DNA of 62,543 nt, filler included, from Choristocarpus tenellus KU-1152 (taxonomy: Eukaryota > Protista > Phaeophyceae), in assembly GCA_964200185.2 (NCBI GenBank). It is 9 parts of 9 records of this genome, joined end to end, with 100 filler letters (N's around TTAATTAATTAA, not from the genome) between each part and the next. Parts side by side here need not be neighbours in the genome. Positions count along the whole stretch, not along the records: positions 10,926 to 18,625 come from CAXNAD020005729.1; positions 18,726 to 33,357 come from CAXNAD020001147.1; 7 more parts are not named here. One strand, written 5' to 3'. Position 1 is the first letter of the stretch; each line of letters opens with the position of its first letter. The translations under genes and the position numbers were made by a program. The notes beneath the pieces are model-generated. The model ran no database searches. It saw only the letters and a list, made by a program, of their open reading frames with translations, and had not been told where the DNA came from. Below, piece after piece: positions 11,621-22,300 of this stretch.

Positions 11621-14600
11621 GATTATTGGGATGTTCTCTAGCTCCTCACCCTGGAGTACAGAACTAAGCTAGGTTTGAGGCACAGGAAGTTGGCAGTGGT
11701 CCAGCATAGCTAGCAGTAAATAGATTAATGCCTTTCACATATTACGCCAATTATGACTTTTTTAGGGATTCTTCTGACATGTACTTCGGAATAAATAGTT
11801 TTCATTGTTTTTTCCCCTGAAACGCCTGCAAAATGTCAGAGGGCATAATAATAAAATATGACAAATATGCCATACTATTTAATAATTTATCAATTTCCGA
11901 ACTTTCTCGAAACTTTTGTCATCCATTCCACATCTATTCTAACAAATATCTTGTCTGTACGTCCCAGCGCGACCCATGATTGGTCAAACCACCGTACTCC
12001 TCGTTGAGCACTTTTCCCATCGTATATGTAAATATAATACAAAAAAAAGTAGAAAGGTATGCCCCACTAACACAAACGTAAGTTCTTAAGATTTCCATGG
12101 GGCGACGAAACCAGATAATGGCCATTACCAATAACAACAAAAAGTTAGAGATTAAAACGCAAAATCAGACACAGGAATATAGGTGGGAATAATAATAACA
12201 TAATACGTCCATTTTCGTGAAAGCAGCTTCTTACATATGGAAGTGAAAGGGTGAGGAAGTGTTACAGGGGTTATGTCTTGATGGCGGTTTCATAAACACC
12301 ATTATGACCTTGAAGTCCTAGATTTTATATATAAAACGACGTTATGGGGACGTTGCCCTTGGTAACAGTTTGTAGGATGTCAGATAGCCTTCTCTCTTGA
12401 TATTCCACTCAGTGCTTAGCTCAAAGCTCGACTCAAAGTTTCGTTCAAGATAAAAAGATAAGACTGGTAAGGGGGGTAAAGGTGTTTTCGCCAAAAGCCC
12501 TCTTATTATTTTCATCATCCATCCAATTTCTTTGGTCTTCTATGCAACTGCTCTATGCGTACTCCAATCATAAACCTTTATTCTGAAACTTCTTAGGAAC
12601 TTTGGCATTTCCTTCTGTAATGTTACGTATGCATTCCGAATCTTACTCCGTATTTTCTACGAAATCAGCATTTATTCTGTAAGGCTACCTATCTGCTACT
12701 AATATCGTATACTGTTCGTACTTGTTAGAACGCGAGAAACAATCCTTGCACTATTCGTCTGTCACAAATGTTTGTATTTGCTAAAACATGAGAAGAAATG
12801 CTCGTGCTATTCGCCTGTAACAGATGATGAACTAGCGACAGTAGCGTCCAGAGCGTAACAGACCAATCAACAGTCCGTGTTGACTGGTGGAACTGTATCG
12901 TACCAAGAAACAAACAGATGAGTAGCCTATGTTTTAACAATGAGATGGTGGCGTGAATTGATCCCAGCGTTGTGCTGAGGAACTTGTACAAATGGGCCTT
13001 GTAAAGAAAGGCCTCTCCACAAGGTCCTTGCTGTCTGACCAGAAGGATGGGAAAAGTGGTCACCAATGATCTTACAAATATTGTATGTTAGCGGTGCATC
13101 ATGGAGGGTAGGCCTAGACCCCCCAAATATTTGGGATTTGTGCTTGTTGGTGGACTTCCTGGTGAGCTTCTAGGTGAAAATAATCATTGGCACACTCCAA
13201 TAAAAACTCAGTAAACTCAGCTGGGTCTGCCACCCACCCCTCCATGATTTTCTCTAGTGTCTACAAGGAGGAGCTTACTGCTTGCTCCCTAGTGGGACCT
13301 GTCAGGTACATGGGAACGACCCTCACCAGGTAACCCAAGCAGGAAGAAGGGGACCAGGAGTTGAGGAGACACGAAATCTGTTTGTCCTCCATCAGCAGCT
13401 GGCACCGTGACTCTGAACTCTCAATGACCCGTGCCAAGTCATTTCCAAAATAATCCATCCCCACTAGTACCAGAAGTGATAGAAGCATTTAACCATTTGG
13501 GTCTTGACAAATTAGTAGGTTGATTCCGTCAAATGGGGAGTTCCAGTTCGGAGGGCGTGGGTTGGTGCCCATGTATCTTGTTCACATTTAGGACTGTGCC
13601 TGCCTCAAGTAGGTCTGTTTTCAGCTGCTCGAAAAAAGGAGATGTTACAGGGTGGAAGTCTCGGTAGGACCTCCATGTTACAGTGTGCCCCTCAGAACTC
13701 ACCTCCATAGGATATATATGCAACTCAAATCCAACGACCTTAAAACAACGCTATGCGGGGGTTCACAGATGATGACCATGTATGGTGTCAGTTGATGCTT
13801 AGCTCAGTCAATGTCTCGCTTTTCGCTTTATGAAAAGAGGGTAAGGATCAAAGAACTGAGTGTGTGGTCATCAGCACTCAGCCTTTTATTAACATCATTC
13901 ACCATTTTCTACAGCCAAAGAGTTAAATGAAGTCTGCAAACTGCCATGTAGATACTTCAATCATGAATCTTTATTCTGCAACTTTCAGGAATTGACATCT
14001 ATTCTGTAAGATTATGTGTATATTTCAAATCTTACTCTGCATCTTCTCAAACCCTGCACAATTTGATTTCCTCCTTTGTCACTGTTCCACCTGCGATGCG
14101 GGAAACTCTTGTAGTGTGCGTATAGCAGAAGAGGGGAATATCGGTGGACTAGTGTCTTCCTGGTTGCTAGTGGGAGTGGCTGAGATGGGTTGAATGAAAA
14201 ATTTGAGAATGCGAATGAGACTCCGTTTTCACAGGGATGAGACAGTCTTTCATGTACTGGTACCAATATATTTATCCAGCTTGCACATGTACTTTTTTTA
14301 TACTCGCAACTTGGTTTCAGTTTGTCAGCGTTCTTTTTTGCTGTGGAACATGTGATCCCACCAAACTTTAGCAATCACGGGTAAGCCCCTACGATGATGT
14401 GGTTTTAAATATCATCTACATTTTTTCCCAGCATTAGCTGCCTGTGTTATCGACAGAGATTCTGAGGTTCTACCTAATCAATTCAAAGTTCCTCTTACAT
14501 GAATTCTTATGTATACTGTTCGCGCATTTTGGCACGCAGAAAGAGATGCTCGCGCTATTCGCCTGTAACAGAGGTACGAAGGTGGGTTGATCTCTATGAT

Positions 14601-15156
14601 GAAGATGGACACATCGTCGAGGAAGCAAGCTCCTGGAGAAAAAAATTAGGCGTTCAAAAGTGGATGCACTGACTGAAGAGTTTTGGTTGTGAGCATTTCT
14701 CATTTGGTGGGAATTTCAATAGTACTTTGCAACTTGCTCAAAATTTTCTTCTATTGATATTTGAAACTGACTCAGATACAACTCATACTAATATGATACA
14801 AATTAATATTATTATATACTAGAAATTAGGTATTTTTCTTTTTATTAGCAATATCACATCTGTACATAGGATAGATACACCAAAATATCATATATAAACA
14901 ATAACAATAACACATCTCTACATTTGTATATAAACACTAACCAAACAATAATTTGTTAATTTCGCGTTCTATATTCATCATCACAATATTGTACGCGCGC
15001 ATGTGCACGACATTAACGTTGGTAAACCAGAATCTGTTTGCGACAACCACACCATACACCAACTACTACTGTTGTGGTTGTGTGAACCTCTTATCCTCAG
15101 TTGTCTCTAGTGTATAATACCACTTTCCCGACCTTCACGCATACTGCGAAGTGGTA

Positions 15157-18100
15157 ATGGTGACCATGACATCACTACGGCATTGGCTGGTGGTTGTCCT
15201 GTTTGCCATGGCCATGAACGTGGATAGGACCAACGCACACAATACCGATGACAATCATTGCTTTGAAGCCACTGTCTCAGAATCCTGCTCGACAACAGCA
15301 GGAGTGGATGCAGACGTGTGTGCCTATACTTGACTTCTTGGTGCAATTGATATTAATTTTGTTCTGTCCTGAGTGGTCATGTTTGCTCTCCTATACTTGC
15401 CTTCAATGCCACTGACTCAAGCTCTCACTTGTCCTTGGTGATCCAGTTCTTCTTTTGCTCGGATCGATACAGCTGGGCATGGTCCAACGACTCTGTGCAG
15501 CTACCAATCCATACCAGTGACTCCTTGTGCTTGGCCATGGACAGTGATGTGATAGATGGGCTCGATTCAAGTGAGTTTTGGACCTGGATAATCTTACTAT
15601 CTTTGCTCTTGATCTTGGTCTTTACCTTTGAGAGTTGATCCTTCTCCGCGTGGAACATTTGTCGTCTTCCACAGAGCTACTTTGACTCATTCCTGTGTGA
15701 TGAATTTTAGATTGTGCTTTTCTCCTTTCACGAGTCTCGTCATTTGACTCCAGATAGTCACAGCCAGCGTCACAAGTTATGAAACGTTAAATTAATATAC
15801 TTACTCTCCCTTACCCATTAGTACTATAGGGCAATGAGGCATTGGCCAAATGATCGAGACGCCGCTCTTCTCCTCTCTTTATTTCCCACTCTCTGTGCCT
15901 ACAGCCAAACTTATTGTGTTGGGAGGTTGTGTATCACCGTCTATCAGGTACTTCGGACCATGTCCTGACCTCTCCACAGAGACCAAGGTCTTCGATCCAG
16001 TCGAGGTAATTTTCTTTGGGCAACGAAAATAGCTGACTAAAATTTAGTGGTGAGCATGATGCTTCACGCCTTTGGGGGTACCATGCTCGTTGTGCGGCAC
16101 AATATCAACCCGTGTTTCTTTTCTTATTGATGCTTTTCTAATCTGATGTTAAACGTGGCAGCTCTCGCCAACCTTCACCCCAATCGGTGCCCTGTTCCAG
16201 GTGTGAGCAACTCGTTTTTTTTCGCTCTGATCCTACATGTGTTGTTTGCGACCTGTGGTGTGATAGCGATGAATTTGCAAGTGCTGCGCACAGATGCATA
16301 CATTTCGCCCACCTTGACGTCCAAACCGCTTCCCTTATTTCTGATGTTTGTTACATATGCTCGTTCTCTCTCTTGCGAGTAAGGACAAATTCACAGAATC
16401 GGAAGCCATGCCCAACTTGCGGTACAGGGCAGCAGCAGTTAATGTCTCAAATCACATCTACATGTTTGGTGGTCGTGATCTCGAGGACTCTCTTGTGAGT
16501 AATATGACACACTACCTACTCCAAATCATGCCTTTGTTCATTTACTTGATATTTCATGTATCCAATGCTTGATGTATTCCAGTATGTACTGCTAGGCTGA
16601 GTCACGGAAAAACTTGCAATGACGTGACATTCATCTACCCCCACCAACACCCCACAAACCTTGTGGTAACCCCCCTTCACTAGGTGTGCGGTGTGGACCG
16701 GTATGATGTGGTGACCGAAACATGGACAACTCTTGACTCCACACAGACTGAGAACTGTTTCTCAGACCACTGGGGTGTTGCCAATGACGATAACACTATC
16801 TTCCTTTTCGGGGGATGGAATGCTAATTATGAAGCACAAAACACCACCGTCATGGTTACTATTAATGGTGATGAGCTCTCTTTCTCGACAACTTCTCCTA
16901 TGATGCAGGTTTGATTGGCATGCTTTGATGTGTGAGTTGGTAGTGTATGGGTGTACTGTAAGGGTATGACTGAGATGATAACCAGTTGTGCACTGTCAAG
17001 CGAAACTTGTGTATTGTTGTGGTGCAGAGACTGCATTTTCTGGAGGACATTGTATGTAGTTGGTTGTATCTGCTCTTCACCTCACAAGGGTGCTTACATC
17101 TCACTTCCGAATGTTCCTTGACACACCCTGCAATTACAGCTGCAGCAGAGCATACTTTGGAAGTGCCTTGCGTGTGTTTTGTTCTTAACCAGTTGAAATG
17201 AGATTTGGGTTTGGGACTGTATGTACAGAGCAACACTTGTATTTTTTTTTTGGCCTGGCGAAAGCACTGGCATCACCCACTCCGTGCTGTATATCTTGGG
17301 GATCGAAGAGATAAATATTGTTTTTTATTAATGGAATGTTAGTCTTACGTAATGGAGTACTCTAGGTTACACATGCGCTAGTTGAGACTACCTCTAGCCC
17401 ATGCCTCAAAGTGCATAATCTTTTGAGGACTGTGTATGATGTAAGATAAACTCTCTGTCTGTTCATGATCAGACGGTAAGAAAATGACATCTCAGGGTTA
17501 GGGACTCAGCCCCAGACCTCCGCATTATGTCTTTGTGAATTATTTCAGGCTTGGGGATAGGGTTAGTTTTGAAATACATTTAATAGGCGAGTGTTGCTGA
17601 CCTCCACAACCTGTCAGTGTTAGACTGGTACTTGTAAGTAAATGTGTGGAAAGGGGGGGTGATTAATATGTGGCACTTCCATCCTTTGGGAGGCGTTTTC
17701 CTGGAAAGGATGTTGACTATAGTGTTGTCATTGCATTGTGTGTCGCTTACTGTAGTGCTGAGAAGGTACTTGAAGGAATATTTTCACCAATCAAATGACT
17801 TGCATTGTCACAGCGAGCATCTCGGTTGCGTTCATTCTGCAATATCCCTAACCTTATATGACCTCGCTCTACTGTGAATGGAACAAATGTTACTAAATTT
17901 TGTAGGGATACTATAGTAGTGCTGTGTGCTTTTAAGCTGCAGGAGCTTAAAACGGTCCAGGGTTGACCATAGATAGGCATGCGGAGTTGCAGGTGAAGAA
18001 AAACCTTATCCACTCTAGCTTGATTAGCCGATAGATATTAAGCACATCTTGAGGGGCAATCCATGCTAACGCCTCAAGGCCCCACGGCTTGTGAAGCTTC

Positions 18101-18516
18101 TAACCATTAGTACAATGTAGATACCTTTAAACTAGCTGCAAAATGTACCGTCACCGTCCAAGCTTTCAAGGATGACTATGTTCCCAGCCGGGTTCTCTAT
18201 TACGCCTCTTGGTTGGTAGAGACCTGCTTACTTCTCTCTTGAACTCCATTCGTGTGGCACAGAAATAAGGTCATCAGTCTATCCCTTACTCCCTCGCCAA
18301 TTCATCTTTTGTTCTGGTCATACAGAAACGTGGGGACCATGTATGCACACGGTTCCTTGACACTGACGATGTTTACTGTATGGGAGGATTCTTTGATGAT
18401 TCCACCAACTCAGCTGGTTACACTCTCCTTAGCAGTGTGGAGCATTTTGACATGGGAACAAAGGTTTGGAGTGCTAAGTCTCCCATGGTGACAGGGAGAG
18501 CTGACTTTGCTCTCGG
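15157..18516 (+). CDS. Secreted Kelch-repeat beta-propeller protein (5' part; truncated by contig end)
   Basis: Exons 15157-15317 (donor tentative), 15473-15570, 15905-16005, 16384-16494, 16684-16908 and 18326-18516 are phase-compatible. Kelch GG motifs are LIVLGG, IYMFGGR, IFLFGGW and VYCMGG, with the ...W....PM...R pattern. The N-terminus is hydrophobic (WLVVVLFAMAM). Confidence 0.85.
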
Positions 18517-19347
18517 GTAAGAGTAGCAAAATACATGGTAGAATTACATTTGTGATCCTTTTTTTTTGTTAGCCTATTGTTTCAGTAGTGGGATGTTATT
18601 TGCTGTGGAGGTGATGTTAGACGGGNNNNNNNNNNNNNNNNNNNNNNNNNNNNNNNNNNNNNNNNNNNNTTAATTAATTAANNNNNNNNNNNNNNNNNNN
18701 NNNNNNNNNNNNNNNNNNNNNNNNNCCTGCACCATCCTCAATTTTGAGAAAGACCTGTTTTTGGAAGGTGTCTTTCACACCACCCTCCATTTCTTTTCTA
18801 TCCTTACCAAAACTCAGCGTACCATATGTATTCTTGAAATCCCCCTCACGTTCACAATTGTCAGATTGCTTATAAATCTTCCCCCTTTTTGCTTGGAAAG
18901 AAAAATGAAAATGAGTTCGATTGTCCTCAAGAACAAACTGCGAAAAAGGTGGTGGGATCTGTGATAATGGATAGGAGGAGGAAACACTTTACGAGATATT
19001 TGTTTCTGTGAAACAAGAATTGGTGGAACAACTTAGGACAGTTGGCGGAATAAACCATCAGAATTGTTGAAAAGACCGATGTAGAGTTGGAGGAAAGGTC
19101 AATGCCAATCAGCGATATCAATTATATTATTCTAGGAACCGTGCCAGGATTGGTCCGACTTCGTACTTCAACATTAATGAAGTAACTCCTTGCAAAACAG
19201 CTGGACTGGTCTCGAAGCTCTTCATATCAAGTCACCGATCACAATACACTATCTGTCCTATATTAGTTCTCCAATCCCCGCAATGTTGCGTAATCACAGA
19301 CTCTCAGTCCATAAACGCTATTGTCTAGAATCCACAGTGGTGGGGGC

Positions 19348-22300
19348 ATGATGACAACCGAGGTAAGAAAGGAAAACCCCATGACCTTCTCTTGGTTTTG
19401 TGTACCTCCTTTACTCTGACCTGCGTGAGACATGTGACTTCTGGCTGAAACAGATCCTGTCGGAGGCTGCGAGGGCGATCGAAGCGGAAGAATCCTATGA
19501 AGTCCTCGGCCTACGATCGGGGGAAGCTAGGGCAGCCGGCGGCGAAGTCGTGCTGGAGGTTGCAGTACCGGCCACGATTGATGCAGTTAATGCGACCTTA
19601 CTGACACCAGTGCTTGGCACGGTGAAGAGACTGCTCGATACTATGAAAGGAGCCGCAGTGAAACGGAAAGAGGTAGTAGAGCTGGTTCATTTATGCGTGG
19701 CAATAGCAAGGTGCTTGATCAAGGGAGCGGAAATCAAATCAATGCCTCCGTCGATTAAGTTGGCTCTGGAGGAAATCAAGGATGAAGTGGAAGAAGTGGC
19801 TAGATTTGCCCAGACTTACGGTACGCAACGAAGATGCTGCCCACGGCTCTGCCTCCACTCGCATTACCTCGATACCGCCGCAAATCACAAGCAGAACTTA
19901 GAGAGCTTTCTTGACGCGATCGTGGCCAGGTTCGAGGTTGAGAACTACAGGGTCGTGACAGATGTTCCAGATTCGATCCAATCGAACGTTCCCAACCGTC
20001 CAGGCAGACTGGCAAATGTTCCTTCCTGGGCACCACTCCTCCCTAAAACATATGTTAAGCGGAATTCTCTGGCAGAACGAGTAATCCTGGACCTTAACAA
20101 CCCTGAGCACTCCGAGCCGCACTTTCTTTTAGGTATGGGAGGTGGAGGCAAGACTCTCCTGGCGTCCTATGTAGTGCGCGAAGAACGTGTGCGATCAATC
20201 TTCGAGGATGGCATTTTTTGGGTGCGTTCGCGACCAGAGGGAAAAGAATACCTTCGCAAGCTTATGACAGGGTCAGCGTATGAGCTAGCCTCAGCTCATA
20301 CGAACAGCCCTCATCAGTGTCCTCGTGAGTTCTCTGGAACTGAAGAAGTTGCTCGGCACATGTCTGAGGTCCGTGAAAGAAACGGGTTGAGGTGCCTCAT
20401 CATCTTGGACGATGTGTGGGATATCGAGGTTGTGAATGCCTTTTTCGATACAGGCTTTCGTCTTCTGGTCACCACCCGCCAGAGGACTGTGATTTCTCCC
20501 AAGTTTGGTATGCCGCCTACTGAGGTTGGAAACATGGCGATGGATGAGGCGCTGGAGGTACTGGGTAAAGCAAGCCAAGCTGTTGGACCACTTCCGGAAG
20601 CTGAGGCCAAGCAGGTGAGGACGTCTCCTCTCCCCAGTTCAAATCTCAAAGGCAAAGCGAGGGCGGACTACTGGTTCGTGGATCCATTATGGCAATGAGT
20701 GAGACTCTTCCCTGATTCGGATACACAATTAACCTGTTGTGTATGGGTTTTTCTTGTAGAAGGAACTGAGGAGAAATTGAGTCTATATGCAATACCTCTA
20801 CTTTCAAACACTTGGGGGTAGTTATTTCTGTGTGAGGTTTCACTGTGCAGTATGGAGCACTCTACCTTGAGACATTTTAGTAACAACAGGATAATGTGCT
20901 GATGGATGGGATATTGAATGGAAGAGTGGAACATTTTGTGGGATAGATGGTACATTACTCAGACACACCGGAGCTTCCAGCAAGGGCACATGGATCATAG
21001 TTCTCGTCTGCATGGTTCTTGATTAATTGTGAAATAATATTTTTCTGGGTAAAGCTAATAAACCCCCCACTACTTCATTACCAAAAACTAAAATCGTATC
21101 GGGAATTTGAGACAAACTATACGAAAGCTACATGTAAGCGAGCCCTGAGATTTTCTGAAAGGGAAGGAAGTCTGTTCATGTTAATGATGAGTGAAAGCAT
21201 CTAATTTGGAGGTCAATTTGGTCAATTTGACCTTTTGAGTTTTGAGTGCCTAGTTGAACTTTGTGCAATGTACAGCATGCTCACAATTGAAATGCAATTA
21301 ACCCCCCTTAGGAGGGTATGGTAGAAGAAGATCAGGTGTGAACACATTGTTAGCCGACAGCGGCCTCCACAACGCTCAAAATATACAAACCAATGGACAG
21401 TCATAGGTACCCTTAACTCAATACCCTCCATTTATGTGGTGTCATTGTGATTATTCCCACTCACATTATATGTGTATTGCAACCTACCATGATTTGTCTA
21501 GGGGACATGCACGAAATATCTTACAGACTAGTCAACCTTTTGGTGGGTAGTAATTGCTTGTGCTTTTCGATGTTTTTTGGGGGGGCCTTTTGCTCAGGGC
21601 ACTGTTAGCAATGTTTGGTGTGTTGATTTTGCATTACTCAATCCCTCATATGCTTAGTTCAATCCATCACCAACAACCCAAGAGCCCCTAGGGACCTAGG
21701 TCCTCGGTCTTAATGGGCAGGGAAGATCTAGTGACTGGTGAAAGTTGGTCACCAAGTTTTGACTTATTAATGAATTGCCTTACTATCTGCAGGTGGCTTG
21801 TGACTGCGGAATGAACCCTTTAGCCTTGAGCATGGCAGGCACGCTGGTAAAGGACCAACCGCTGTTGTCTACCTCTTGGCAAAGGGTACACATTGAACTG
21901 CAGAATGTATACACCAAGCTTCGGGGAAAAAAAGTGCCTCATGAGTTGACATATATTTTTTCTGTTTTGGATTTGAACTATAGCAATCTGCCAGAGGCCC
22001 AGAGGCTACAACTTCACTTCATGGCAATAATGGCGAAAGGAATCCCTGCGACATCAGAGATGCTAGCAAGCCTTTGGGACACGGTATGTGCAATTTATTT
22101 GTTATCTATGTTCTCAGGTACTAAGACACCTTGGTATTCTGGTATTAGATATATTGCTGTAATGTGTTTGTGTGTGTTATTGCTGACCTCAATACCTGTT
22201 TTCCACCCTAAACCTGTCACCCAGGATGTAACCAATGTACCAACTGGAACAAGGGTTTTGGTGGATCATTGCCTGCTGCAGGAGGTTGGTGTGGACTTTT

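Noticed and set aside
19800-20655. Several antisense ORFs overlapping the NB-ARC exon (also over 60251-61123 and the TPR array)
   Set aside because: Shadow ORFs of real coding or repeated sequence, with no motifs of their own.
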